IMG/VR virus record: IMGVR_UViG_3300005805_000049
Location: 62,218-126,217 of that record
Origin: a virus
DNA: 64,000 nucleotides
Strand: one strand, 5' to 3'
Part shown: in pieces, positions 18,341 through 28,009 of the stretch
Layout: each line of letters opens with the position of its first letter
How positions within the stretch are numbered: the stretch's first letter is position 1
The notes under the pieces: model-generated
The model's input: only the letters and a program-made list of their open reading frames with translations
What the model was told of the DNA's origin: nothing
Database searches by the model: none
Program-made: the position numbers and the translations under genes

Positions 18341-18525
18341 CGCAATATGCTTATTTGGACGGTAAACATTGGGCTGAACAATACCTGGATCGCTATCCAG
18401 ATGCTGATCAATTCAATGTAGTATTCCACTTATTGCAGTTGTTAGCTAAAGAACGCTATCCAAACAATGTTAGAGATTTCATGAGAGGAGTAGATCAATG
18501 TATGATTATCAGAAGGTTCGGTTAA
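18259..18525 (+). CDS. hypothetical protein (true start probably GTG ~18325)
   Basis: ORF between primase and thyX. Confidence 0.45.
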   Translation: MDSTSNRRQHVSRAASRTSDPPVEKDLAQYAYLDGKHWAEQYLDRYPDADQFNVVFHLLQLLAKERYPNNVRDFMRGVDQCMIIRRFG

Positions 18526-19166
18526 TTGGAATTACACAACCAGTAGCAGAAGAGTTCATTTGCGACAATGATGCAGAGAACTTGATATCATATTGCGCAA
18601 GAGTGTCTAACCCATCCAATCAAAGCAACTTTGATACGGCTAGTAAATTGTTAAAGTATTGTATTAAACACAATCACTGGTCAATTTTCGAAATGGTTAA
18701 CTTGACGATGGAGATCGAGACGACCAGAGACATTGCTCGACAGATTCTTCGACACCGTTCATTTTCATTTCAGGAGTTTAGCCAGAGATATGCTGAGGTA
18801 AATACCGACACGTTTGTCACAAGAGAAGCTAGACTACAAGACAAATCCAATAGACAAAATTCAATTGATACAGACAACAAAGCATTGAATAGTGCTTGGC
18901 AACAAATGCAACAAGATGTATTGTATCATGCGAGACATGCGTATAAGTGGGCAATTGACAATGGAATTGCGAAAGAGCAAGCAAGAGCCGTATTGCCCGA
19001 AGGATTAACGATTTCTCGCATGTACATGCAAGGCAGTTTAAGATCATGGCTTCACTACACTGACTTGAGATCAGACAATGCAACTCAAAAAGAGCACCGT
19101 GATATTGCAATTAAATGTCGTCAAGTAATTGAACGGCACTTCCCTTTCCTTAATTCCGTAAACTAA
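18498..19166 (+). CDS. thyX: flavin-dependent thymidylate synthase
   Basis: RHRSFSFQEFSQRY ThyX signature. Confidence 0.97.
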   Translation: MYDYQKVRLIGITQPVAEEFICDNDAENLISYCARVSNPSNQSNFDTASKLLKYCIKHNHWSIFEMVNLTMEIETTRDIARQILRHRSFSFQEFSQRYAEVNTDTFVTREARLQDKSNRQNSIDTDNKALNSAWQQMQQDVLYHARHAYKWAIDNGIAKEQARAVLPEGLTISRMYMQGSLRSWLHYTDLRSDNATQKEHRDIAIKCRQVIERHFPFLNSVN

Positions 19167-19176
19167 AGAGGTATCG

Positions 19177-21396
19177 ATGTATAAAGACACAAGAAAACTA
19201 CTATCCGAAGCAAAGTTCTACGAAGGGTATGCCCGTTGGGACGACAATCTCAACCGTTATGAGACATGGGACGAAGCAGTTGATCGTGTGATGGACATGC
19301 ATCGTCAATACTATAAGGAAAAGCACAGCGATCAGCTAGCAGCTGCTTTACAAATTGCAACTGAAGCGTATAAGAACAAACTAGTGCTTGGCGCTCAGCG
19401 CGCATTGCAATTTGGCGGTCAGCAACTATTGAAGCACGAAATGAAGATGTATAACTGCACATCTTCTTATGCCGACCGTGCTGAATTTTTTGGAGAGTTC
19501 TTCTACATTCTGCTTTGCGGTGCTGGAGCTGGGTTTTCTGTTCAATATCATCACATCGACAAATTGCCAAATGTTGGTCCTCGAAACAAGCAGCCAAAGA
19601 CTCACGTTGTTGAGGACTCAATTGAGGGGTGGGCAACTGCTCTGGACGTATTGATGTCTTCTTACTTTGCTACTGGCGGTAAGTATCCTGAATACCAGGG
19701 AAGAAAAGTGTATTTTGACTTGTCGCAGATTCGTCCAAAGGGCGCAATGATCTTCGGAGGATTTAAGGCTCCTGGGCCAGATGCTCTTCGTAGATCATTG
19801 GATCGAATTGAGTATCTACTGCAGGGTCTGGTTCTTAAAGATCAAAGCAATCGTCTTCGCCCAATCCATGTTTATGATATTTGTATGCACACCGCGGATG
19901 CAGTTCTTGCTGGAGGCGTTCGTCGTTCTGCAACAATTTGTCTATTCTCTCCTGAGGACAGTGAAATGGCTAGTGCGAAGACTGGCAACTGGTTTATCGA
20001 TAATCCTCAACGTGCAAGGTCAAACAATTCTGCAGTAATTGATCGGACGAAGATTACTAAGCAGCAGTTCAGCGAACTAATGACATCGATTAAACAGTTT
20101 GGTGAGCCAGGATTCTTCTTTGTTGACGATAAAGATGTTACTACTAATCCTTGTGTTGAAATTGGAATGTTTCCTCAGCTAGATGGCAAATCTGGTTGGC
20201 AAGGGTGCAATCTAACTGAAATTAATGGCGGAATGTGCAACGACGAGCAGACGTTTTATGCTGCTTGTGAAGCAGCTGCTATTCTCGGAACTCTACAGGC
20301 CGGATACACCAATTTCAAATTCTTGAATCAAACAACCAAGGAAATCTTCGACAGAGAAGCTCTACTTGGTGTATCAATTACTGGATGGATGAACAATCCA
20401 ACAGTTCTGTTTGATTCAGCAATTTTAGAAAATGGTGCAAAGCTGGTAAAGGAAACCAACAAGCGAATTGCAAAGCTACTGGGAATCAATCCTGCAGCAA
20501 GAACTACCTGTGTTAAACCATCAGGTAATGCATCGGTAATTCTAATGACTGCTTCAGGTATTCATGCAGACCATTCACCAATGTACATTCGCAACATTCA
20601 GCTAAACAAAGAAACGGAAGTTGCTCAGCTAATTAAACGACTGAATCCTTACATGGTTGAAGAGTCTGTATGGTCTGCTGGACGGACAGATTACGTTGTT
20701 TCGTTCCCTGTGATTCCAAATAAAGATTCTCTGTTTAAAGATTATCTATTGGGAATCAAGCATCTGGAACTAGTAAAAAAGGCTCAGCAACACTGGGTCA
20801 ATGCAGGAACTGATCTCGATCTATGCGTTAATAAGACCGTTCGTCATAATGTTTCTAACACTATTATCGCTGATGATTGGGATGCCATTGAACAGTATGT
20901 GTTTGATAACAAACAGTACTTTGCTGGAATTTCATTCTTGCCAATGACTGGCGATAAAGACTTTAATCAAGCACCAAACACCAAAGTTATTGATGCTGAA
21001 CAAATTGTTCAAACGTATGGAACAGGGGCAGTGTTTGCATCAGGTCTTGTCGTTGACGGTCTTCAAGCATTTGATACACTATGGGAAGCATGTGCAACAG
21101 CAAACGGCTATGGAGAAGATCTCAGCGGAGATGATCACGGTAAGTTGTTGAAAAAAGACTGGGTTCGGAGGTTCAATTCGTTTGCAGTCAACTATTTTGA
21201 AGGTGACAGAAAGAAGACTGAGTATTGTCTGAAATATGTTTACTTGCTGCATAAGTGGGAGAAGATTCAGCAGAACCTAGTGGACATCGACTGGGCATCG
21301 CAGCTGAAAGAAAAGAAGTACATTGACGTCGATACTCTCGGAGCTGCTGCTTGTATTGGCGTATCAGAGACTGGCGAATCCGCTTGTATGGTGTAA
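19177..21396 (+). CDS. nrdJ: class II (adenosylcobalamin-dependent) ribonucleotide reductase
   Basis: TNPCVEI, GGVRRSA, CVKPSG; no adjacent beta subunit. Confidence 0.85.
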   Translation: MYKDTRKLLSEAKFYEGYARWDDNLNRYETWDEAVDRVMDMHRQYYKEKHSDQLAAALQIATEAYKNKLVLGAQRALQFGGQQLLKHEMKMYNCTSSYADRAEFFGEFFYILLCGAGAGFSVQYHHIDKLPNVGPRNKQPKTHVVEDSIEGWATALDVLMSSYFATGGKYPEYQGRKVYFDLSQIRPKGAMIFGGFKAPGPDALRRSLDRIEYLLQGLVLKDQSNRLRPIHVYDICMHTADAVLAGGVRRSATICLFSPEDSEMASAKTGNWFIDNPQRARSNNSAVIDRTKITKQQFSELMTSIKQFGEPGFFFVDDKDVTTNPCVEIGMFPQLDGKSGWQGCNLTEINGGMCNDEQTFYAACEAAAILGTLQAGYTNFKFLNQTTKEIFDREALLGVSITGWMNNPTVLFDSAILENGAKLVKETNKRIAKLLGINPAARTTCVKPSGNASVILMTASGIHADHSPMYIRNIQLNKETEVAQLIKRLNPYMVEESVWSAGRTDYVVSFPVIPNKDSLFKDYLLGIKHLELVKKAQQHWVNAGTDLDLCVNKTVRHNVSNTIIADDWDAIEQYVFDNKQYFAGISFLPMTGDKDFNQAPNTKVIDAEQIVQTYGTGAVFASGLVVDGLQAFDTLWEACATANGYGEDLSGDDHGKLLKKDWVRRFNSFAVNYFEGDRKKTEYCLKYVYLLHKWEKIQQNLVDIDWASQLKEKKYIDVDTLGAAACIGVSETGESACMV

Positions 21397-21397
21397 T

Positions 21398-22024
21398 ATG
21401 GCATATCTCAATCATAACTTACCAACGTTTACTTGTTTTATTCGTAATCAATACCTATATAATCACACGAAAGGGCAGGGGGATTTCACCCCCTGCGACG
21501 TCCATGCGGTTGCGTCAATCGAAAAACGCGTTCCATTGTTTGAAGCTCTGCTAGATAATGGAGTTAATTGGACCCGTAGACCAATTACTGCATTTTGTTG
21601 GAAAACTGATAGCGAACCAGTTCAATTAGAACAAGCGATGTACTGGGACTGTTTCTCGCCATATATCGATGTGCAAATTCGTAATCGGTTAGTTGGATTG
21701 CAAGCAGAACTTATAACTCCATCAAACGAAAAGCATAAAGGAACGTATATGTTCACGCTTGATTGGTCGTGGGAGAATAAAGCAATTCTCGATTGCAATT
21801 TTTCAGAAACGCCAGAACATAAGTGCGGGCATTTCTTTAAGATGGACAATGGCAATTACTATTGTTATCCAAACAATCAAATCATCTGGTTTGATGATGC
21901 GTGGATTGAAAATAGAATTAGTAAGAATCCCGGATACTTGATCGACACGACAGTATACTCAGTGGAAAATAAGAGAAAGTTAAAAGTAGACAACCAATAC
22001 ATTTACGGAGTAGACGACCAATGA
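21398..22024 (+). CDS. conserved phage hypothetical protein
   Basis: start MAYLNHNLP immediately after the nrdJ stop; SETPEHKC..GNYYCYPNN. Confidence 0.7.
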   Translation: MAYLNHNLPTFTCFIRNQYLYNHTKGQGDFTPCDVHAVASIEKRVPLFEALLDNGVNWTRRPITAFCWKTDSEPVQLEQAMYWDCFSPYIDVQIRNRLVGLQAELITPSNEKHKGTYMFTLDWSWENKAILDCNFSETPEHKCGHFFKMDNGNYYCYPNNQIIWFDDAWIENRISKNPGYLIDTTVYSVENKRKLKVDNQYIYGVDDQ

Positions 22025-22227
22025 GTTGGAATAGAGGCTCATCAATCTTCGAGCAGATTATCGAAGCACTTTTAGATGCTGATGTTTCAAAAAACCAAAG
22101 AATAGAGATCTATCAACATCTAATTGAAACGTTTATTGACAATGATTGTGATACGCTGTATGAACTAAAAGGAATGGATGAATGCTTCGATCAGACTTTG
22201 AAATTGTTTGAAGACGAAGATGATTAA
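22021..22227 (+). CDS. hypothetical protein
   Basis: coupled acidic ORF. Confidence 0.6.
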   Translation: MSWNRGSSIFEQIIEALLDADVSKNQRIEIYQHLIETFIDNDCDTLYELKGMDECFDQTLKLFEDEDD

Positions 22228-22264
22228 ATAAATACTAGCATTCCAGACAAAGGGGTGCTAGTAT
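22227..22264 (+). promoter_or_regulatory. late promoter overlapping an RBS-sequestering hairpin
   Basis: AATAAATA 22227-22234; stem ATACTAGCATTCC/GGGGTGCTAGTAT covers the SD and the AT of ATG 22263. Confidence 0.7.
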
Positions 22265-22664
22265 GTGGATATATAATGGCGAACAATTTACCGAAGATAT
22301 GATTGGTGATAGTGTTGGTTTTGTGTACATTATCACCAATCTTGTTAATAACAAACAGTATATTGGAAAGAAGTTATTTACTAAGTCTAAGTCTTTTCAA
22401 AAAAACAAAAAGAAAAAACGAAAAAGAGTTTTATCAGATTGGGTAGATTATACAGGATCAAATGATCAATTAAACGATGATATTAAAAAAGGCGATTTAG
22501 TAAAAAAAGAAATCTTGTTGTTGTGTAAATCTAAATCTGAACTGAATTACATGGAATTGAAATATCAAGTACAATTTGATGTTTTATTTCAACCAGAACG
22601 GTATTACAATAGTTATATTGGAACAAGAGTAAATCGTAAACAACTGAGGATTAAAGACAAATGA
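22263..22664 (+). CDS. GIY-YIG-like protein
   Basis: GFVYIITN..QYIGKK, YTGS, ELKYQ, YYN. Confidence 0.7.
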   Translation: MWIYNGEQFTEDMIGDSVGFVYIITNLVNNKQYIGKKLFTKSKSFQKNKKKKRKRVLSDWVDYTGSNDQLNDDIKKGDLVKKEILLLCKSKSELNYMELKYQVQFDVLFQPERYYNSYIGTRVNRKQLRIKDK

Positions 22665-22958
22665 TCGATACAATCGTAAAGTTTGTTTCAGTTATCATGC
22701 TTATTTCAAGCCTTTGTTTTATTACAGCGCTTGTGTTCGATGTAGTCAAATAAGCTGTTGACCTTGCTGCCAGTTGGCATTAAGGTGCAGCTAACAATGG
22801 AGAGATAAATGGACCCAGCCACAGTTGCCTTGATCATCATCGCAGGAAATCTGCTGCAGATTGCTCCTCTATTTTTTTTCTTCGATGGTAAAAAAGCTAG
22901 TTGACCTTATCAAATAAGTAGAAGATGATCCTTAAACAGTTGGATATGGAGAGCTCAG

Positions 22959-23294
22959 ATGGCTAAGCTTGAAATCGAACGTCGTGATCGGGAATTGGAC
23001 TACTCTTACCGTAATGGCTCGAAGGAATACTGGTCGAATGCTCGAATCTACTTCTTCGTTAAGGACGAATCTATCCTCGATAATTTGATCAATCGTCGGT
23101 CTCGTCCGATGACCGAGTATCGCAAGCTTCTGCCTTCTGTCTTCGCTAAGGCTGGGCTACCAACAGACACTAAAGTCAAGTGGCGGCAGTCTGCTGGTTG
23201 CTCTTGTGGTTGTTCGCCGGGATTTATCATTGACAACATGTCACGGTTTGACGTGTTTGTCACGATCCATCCGGACGATGGAGATGCCCAATGA
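22959..23294 (+). CDS. early hypothetical protein
   Basis: GGAG RBS, TTGACC promoter upstream; AGCSCGCSPGF motif. Confidence 0.7.
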   Translation: MAKLEIERRDRELDYSYRNGSKEYWSNARIYFFVKDESILDNLINRRSRPMTEYRKLLPSVFAKAGLPTDTKVKWRQSAGCSCGCSPGFIIDNMSRFDVFVTIHPDDGDAQ

Positions 23295-23497
23295 CCATTG
23301 AACAAAAGATTGAATACATTCGTGATTTCTTCGACCATGTCGAAGCTGTTGATCTAAATTCTCAGTTTTATCAGACAATTCGACAGTGCATTACCTCCTG
23401 TTCAATTGCCCAGCTAGAAGAAATTAAAGCAGAGAACATTCGAATTCTGTCTGAGCTAGCAAAAAACCGTATTGACTTTCTTCGCTCTTACCACTAA
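23291..23497 (+). CDS. hypothetical protein
   Basis: coupled ORF. Confidence 0.55.
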   Translation: MTIEQKIEYIRDFFDHVEAVDLNSQFYQTIRQCITSCSIAQLEEIKAENIRILSELAKNRIDFLRSYH

Positions 23498-23516
23498 AAC
23501 AACAAGGAGACCAACG

Positions 23517-23711
23517 ATGTATCGATGCTATCTGGCGAACTTTGGTTGGTTTCTTGAAGGGCAGTTCAACTCAGTAAAAGAAGCTGTTGACTTTGGTCGT
23601 TCGAAGGGGTATGAATTCATCGTATACAAAGACAAGGAAATCATTGGCCATTGCTGCGGAGTTGCGTTGCAATGGTTTGTTGTGAACTCTGACTTTGGAG
23701 ATCTGCAATGA
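23517..23711 (+). CDS. hypothetical protein
   Basis: AAGGAG RBS before ATG 23517. Confidence 0.6.
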   Translation: MYRCYLANFGWFLEGQFNSVKEAVDFGRSKGYEFIVYKDKEIIGHCCGVALQWFVVNSDFGDLQ

Positions 23712-23977
23712 ATACCGATGATGTGGTTGACTCTTTGATCAAATCAATAGATGTTCTTTGCAAGGAGCGCGAGATGACTAATAGTCAGGCATACGCGTAC
23801 AAGGCAGGAGCGCTTGAAACTATAGTTCGGACACTTTTGCGTGGTGGTAATGCGAGAATGCACATGAGCGTCGCTAGTTTTACTGAACACTATGATATGT
23901 TGACTGCTGGCATTCGAGCGATTGAAAATGGCATTGAGCCGATCGGCGTAGACCCAGGAGATTGCAATGTTCGATGA
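23708..23977 (+). CDS. hypothetical protein
   Basis: coupled ORF with GGAG RBS. Confidence 0.55.
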   Translation: MNTDDVVDSLIKSIDVLCKEREMTNSQAYAYKAGALETIVRTLLRGGNARMHMSVASFTEHYDMLTAGIRAIENGIEPIGVDPGDCNVR

Positions 23978-24227
23978 CCGTTTGAAGCAGCTGAATCGTT
24001 TAATCGTTGAGCATTATCAGCCAACGATCTGTGATGAGTCGTCTAATGGTAAAGGCGAACGGTGGACCAGGGGAGATATTGAGTCTCTTGGTTATGGAAC
24101 GACGAGTAGAGCAAGAGGATGGAATTCAGATGACTGTCGGTTGAATCGGTGGTATACTGGTCCAGCTGAAATCAGATTGCAGCCATGGAATCTGGTGATG
24201 CGTAAAGGCGATGTCTACAGCGACTGA
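23967..24227 (+). CDS. hypothetical protein
   Basis: AGGAG RBS. Confidence 0.55.
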   Translation: MFDDRLKQLNRLIVEHYQPTICDESSNGKGERWTRGDIESLGYGTTSRARGWNSDDCRLNRWYTGPAEIRLQPWNLVMRKGDVYSD

Positions 24228-24232
24228 GGTGT

Positions 24233-24454
24233 ATGATGCAACGTCCCGGAAAAATGAAACCCGCTACTCTTCGTGACCCTTCTGATCAGATTTCGCTTGT
24301 CTCTTTGATTAGATTCCTAGATAAGGCTGAAAAGGAACTGCGGGATTCAGGAGAGCAAGAATCAGCAGATCGGTTTGAGATTTTTCGTCAGTACTTGCTC
24401 GAAGATTTTCGGGGCAGTTACTTGGAATACAAACATCGGGCGATTGGGTTGTAA
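24233..24454 (+). CDS. hypothetical protein
   Basis: GAGGT RBS. Confidence 0.6.
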   Translation: MMQRPGKMKPATLRDPSDQISLVSLIRFLDKAEKELRDSGEQESADRFEIFRQYLLEDFRGSYLEYKHRAIGL

Positions 24455-24456
24455 TT

Positions 24457-24533
24457 GGTCACGTAGCTCAGCTGGATAGAGCATCTGCCTTCTAAGCAGA
24501 TGGTCGCAGGTTCGAGTCCTGCCGTGATCGCCA
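24457..24533 (+). tRNA. tRNA-Arg(TCT)
   Basis: acceptor GGTCACG/CGTGATC, anticodon loop CTTCTAA, TTCGAG T-loop, encoded CCA. Confidence 0.95.
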
Positions 24534-24553
24534 CTAACTTGAAAGGATATATA

Positions 24554-24853
24554 ATGATAGCTATTGATCTTCGAGACTCTATTGTATATGAACAATACTT
24601 AGAATCGATGAAACGGTTTGCTGATCTTCATATGTACGAGATGATGAGAATGGACCGTAACACAAGAATGCATTATTTATCTTCTGAAATTGAGAAACTT
24701 GTTTCGCCAGAGTTTATCAATGCGCATATTTGTAAGCGTGAGGAATTTCTAGATACAATGGACAGTGTTGTTGGGTCTCTTGAAGAAGATGTCCGTCAAC
24801 ATTTTACTGCAAAAGCAGAAGCGTTTATTAAAACTTATATAAACAGTAAGTGA
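24554..24853 (+). CDS. hypothetical protein between tRNAs
   Basis: AAAGGA RBS, start MIAIDLRDS. Confidence 0.6.
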   Translation: MIAIDLRDSIVYEQYLESMKRFADLHMYEMMRMDRNTRMHYLSSEIEKLVSPEFINAHICKREEFLDTMDSVVGSLEEDVRQHFTAKAEAFIKTYINSK

Positions 24854-24858
24854 TCTTT

Positions 24859-24933
24859 TCCAGCGTAGCTCAATGGTAGAGCAACCGGCTGTTAACCGGT
24901 TGGTTGTAGGTTCGAGTCCTGCCGCTGGAGCCA
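24859..24933 (+). tRNA. tRNA-Asn(GTT)
   Basis: TCCAGCG/CGCTGGA, loop CTGTTAA, CCA. Confidence 0.95.
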
Positions 24934-24939
24934 AAGTTT

Positions 24940-25017
24940 CTGGGTGTAGCTCAATTTGCGTAGAGCGCTTGGTTTGGGACCAAGAGGCTGGAGGTTCGAA
25001 TCCTCTCACCTAGACCA
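24940..25017 (+). tRNA. tRNA-Pro(TGG)
   Basis: CTGGGTG/CACCTAG, loop TTTGGGA, CCA; D-loop has GCG rather than GG. Confidence 0.9.
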
Positions 25018-25021
25018 AAAT

Positions 25022-25096
25022 TGGGGATTAGTTTAATTGGCAGAACGCTGGACTTTGGATCCGGTAGTCTTGGTTCGAATCCAAGATCCCCAGCCA
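25022..25096 (+). tRNA. tRNA-Gln(TTG)
   Basis: TGGGGAT/ATCCCCA, loop CTTTGGA, CCA. Confidence 0.93.
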
Positions 25097-25273
25097 AAAA
25101 TTGGAGAAGTTTAATGCATCTACTAATCGGCGTTATCATTCTATCCAACCTAATTCAAATTTGCATGGTGTTCCTATGAAATTCAACGAGCTAATTGTAC
25201 TAAGAATTTTGATTGTAATGTTGACGATCTCTCTAATCCTTGATACAATCAGGTATCATCTATAATCAAAAAT

Positions 25274-25349
25274 AGACCTGTAGCATAATGGTGAATGCCA
25301 GTCGCTCATAACGGCTCAGATGGGGGTTCGAGTCCCTCCAGGTCTACCA
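25274..25349 (+). tRNA. tRNA with CAT anticodon (elongator Met or Ile2)
   Basis: AGACCTG/CAGGTCT, loop CTCATAA, CCA; no initiator features. Confidence 0.9.
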
Positions 25350-25368
25350 CCAACCAATCGAGGTCACG

Positions 25369-25602
25369 ATGCTTCTGATCCCCTTCATCCTTTGTTGTAT
25401 TGGTCTTGTTTTCTTCATTATCACCCGCGATTTAATTGGAGTAATGTTAACCGCTGCAGGGATCTTTCTTTTCTCAGTAATAGCTTCAGAACATGCTGGA
25501 AATATCTCCAAGCTAGATATTGAATGCCGAAATAAAAACGGCACTCTTGTCGCATATCAGACATGCGTTAGCAATACAATAATCATTCCGTTGTCGAGGT
25601 AA
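25369..25602 (+). CDS. small membrane protein
   Basis: two hydrophobic segments, GAGG RBS. Confidence 0.55.
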   Translation: MLLIPFILCCIGLVFFIITRDLIGVMLTAAGIFLFSVIASEHAGNISKLDIECRNKNGTLVAYQTCVSNTIIIPLSR

Positions 25603-26003
25603 AAATGCTAGCTAAGCTTTATCAACTGCTAATCGTTCCCATAGTCAATCTGTTATATACTATCATAGCGTTGCTTCGAACGATCACTGTCATCCAAATG
25701 TTGACATTGGTCGTTCTTTTGTTTATTCTACTTGCTATGGTTATTACATGAATCTAGAAAAGTATGACAAGGCTGTGAAACTTCTCAAGGACATTGAAAA
25801 TCATACGCTTGACAAAGAGCAAAAAGACCTGCTAAGATTGGCTCGTGTGATTATTGAAGAACATATCTACGATAGACTAGAAAAGAGGTTGTGATGTTTC
25901 GAGAAATCGCTACACTAATTGGATACCTAGCATATGCTGTTTATATTCTAGGTTTCTTTGGACTTGTCACTGTAATGATTCTCCTTAGTCATGGATACGT
26001 GCT

Positions 26004-26375
26004 ATGAAAACAATTGCTATTATTCTTTCACTTGCTCTTGCTGGTTGTTCATTTAAGGTGGTTCGTCAAGAACCATTTATTCATTCGGAAACTGAATACC
26101 ATCTGAATAAACAAAAGATGGCGTTCATTGAGTTTCATCAATTCTTTATTCAGAACCAGAATATGCCAAACTCTGAAGTGCTCAAGAATCGTGCAACAGA
26201 GATGATGTTTAATGCTGGTCTGTATCATGCTTGCCATAAGAAGTCTGGGTGTTATCTGGTCTATGGTGATAAAAAGATTAGGTTTGAAAAAGATATGATT
26301 TCTGTCGAAAGTTATGGCACATTCACTTCTGTTGATGATGCTCGTGTAGCAGCAAACGTGATTTATGGAGAATGA
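26004..26375 (+). CDS. putative lipoprotein
   Basis: lipobox LALAGC. Confidence 0.6.
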   Translation: MKTIAIILSLALAGCSFKVVRQEPFIHSETEYHLNKQKMAFIEFHQFFIQNQNMPNSEVLKNRATEMMFNAGLYHACHKKSGCYLVYGDKKIRFEKDMISVESYGTFTSVDDARVAANVIYGE

Positions 26376-26376
26376 G

Positions 26377-27276
26377 ATGAACAATCTGTTTCTGAGAACT
26401 TGTAAACCAAATGGGAAATCTTATGGGGGGTTCCAATGGAATATAGAAATTGGTGGAATCACTGAAGCACCAGATTGGAATCCAGAACCAGTCTGTGGTG
26501 GTGGTCTTCATGGCCTTCTTCATGGTAAAGGTGATGGATCATACTTTGATTGGCGTAGAGATGTTTTATGGATGGTTTGTGAAGCATTGGGGCCAATCGT
26601 TGATATTGACCATAAGATTAAAACATCTAAAGCCAAGACCTTGTTTGTTGGTGATCGTAAAGGTGCAACTGATTTCTTGATTGCTGCTGGCTGCAACCCA
26701 TCAGAAGTTGTTGGTGCTTTTATTACTTGTGGTGATGGTTCAACTGTCACTGGTGGAAATTGGTCGATTATTATTGCAGACAATTATACATTCGTGAATG
26801 GTGGTGATTACTCAACTGTAACTGGTGGTAATTATACAATAGTGAATTGTGGTAATTGCTCAACTGTAACTGGTGGGCATAGTTCAACTGTAACTGCTGG
26901 TTATTGGTCAACTGTAACTGGTGGTGTTCATTCAACTTTAACAGGTGGTAATTGGTCAACTTTAAAGGGTGGTGATTATTCAATCGTAACTGGTGGTGAT
27001 TATTCAATTATAACGGGTGGTAATTGGTCAACTTTAAAGGGTGGTCATTGGTCAACTGTAACTGGTGGTGAATATTCAACTGTAACTGGTGGTGATTATT
27101 CAACTGTAACTGGTGGCGATCGTTCAACTGTAACTGGTGGCGATGGTTCAATTCTATCACTCAAATGGTTTGATGGCAAAAGAACCAGAATTGTCACTGC
27201 CTATGTCGGTGAAGATGGTATTGAACCAAATGTACCATATAAACTAGACGATAACGGTAAATTCGTGAGGGCTTGA
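26377..27276 (+). CDS. octapeptide-repeat (STVTGGDY-like) beta-helix protein, paralog 1
   Basis: N-domain APDWNPEPVCGGGLHG, 24-nt tandem coding repeats, C-terminus GEDGIEPNVPYKLDDNGKFVRA. Confidence 0.8.
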   Translation: MNNLFLRTCKPNGKSYGGFQWNIEIGGITEAPDWNPEPVCGGGLHGLLHGKGDGSYFDWRRDVLWMVCEALGPIVDIDHKIKTSKAKTLFVGDRKGATDFLIAAGCNPSEVVGAFITCGDGSTVTGGNWSIIIADNYTFVNGGDYSTVTGGNYTIVNCGNCSTVTGGHSSTVTAGYWSTVTGGVHSTLTGGNWSTLKGGDYSIVTGGDYSIITGGNWSTLKGGHWSTVTGGEYSTVTGGDYSTVTGGDRSTVTGGDGSILSLKWFDGKRTRIVTAYVGEDGIEPNVPYKLDDNGKFVRA

Positions 27277-27278
27277 AG

Positions 27279-27560
27279 ATGAAGAAGACACTTATTTTTA
27301 TCACTACCATTTCTACACTGTTTCTTGCAGGATGTGAAAATTGGTTGGCAAGATCAGGATTAGGAACTGCTTATATTGAAATTCCATGTGGAAATAAGTT
27401 TATTCATGCTTCTTGGAAGGACCAAGACAATTCCATCTGGTTTTCACACAGACCTGCAAAACCAGATGAAACATTTGATGAGCAAATTGTTTATCAACAA
27501 TCATCACCTCTTGGTGTGATGCAAGGCAAAGTAATATTTCGTGAAAGGAAGTGTTTCTAA
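27279..27560 (+). CDS. putative lipoprotein
   Basis: lipobox LFLAGC. Confidence 0.6.
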   Translation: MKKTLIFITTISTLFLAGCENWLARSGLGTAYIEIPCGNKFIHASWKDQDNSIWFSHRPAKPDETFDEQIVYQQSSPLGVMQGKVIFRERKCF

Positions 27561-28009
27561 TGTATGATGATCCAATCTCAACTCTAGCCAAGTCTTTGGC
27601 TTCTGCTCAATATCAGGACTTACCGAAGGTAAAAGATTCCAGACGGAAAGTAGATAGTAAATCATTCTCTGGGGACAGAATGAATACTGAAAGTTATAAT
27701 AAATGGAAAGAATCTGCATATGAAACATTTGAACGAAATCATTTTGAAAATGAAATGTACGTCCATTCTATGACCCTTCAAATGTGGGGTTCTACTGCTC
27801 TTGGTTTTGGGGGAATGGGCGGTTCGGCAATGACTAAGGCATACACTATTATCATTGGTTCTCGTTTCCATCTTGTTTTGTGTGTATATTTTGGTGGACA
27901 TTTTGCATATTCTCTTGATATGGACAAAAATGATATTGTCAAGTTGAACGAAGATATTGCAAAATATAATATTGCATCTGTTGCTGAAAAGCATAGGTAT
28001 TTGGTATGA
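27551..28009 (+). CDS. hypothetical protein
   Basis: QMWGSTALGFGGMGGSAMTKAYT segment. Confidence 0.65.
   Translation: MFLMYDDPISTLAKSLASAQYQDLPKVKDSRRKVDSKSFSGDRMNTESYNKWKESAYETFERNHFENEMYVHSMTLQMWGSTALGFGGMGGSAMTKAYTIIIGSRFHLVLCVYFGGHFAYSLDMDKNDIVKLNEDIAKYNIASVAEKHRYLV

Noticed and set aside
19-21396. Inteins or introns in gp43, gp41, primase, thyX or nrdJ
   Set aside because: Lengths are ordinary, frames are continuous and no splicing motifs were seen
22263-22664. Group I intron around the GIY-YIG-like gene
   Set aside because: No split host gene and no flanking space for an intron core
26730-27150. 24-nt tandem repeats (also 32230-32490 and 38570-39070) as a CRISPR array
   Set aside because: No spacers; units are in-frame degenerate coding repeats; no cas operon
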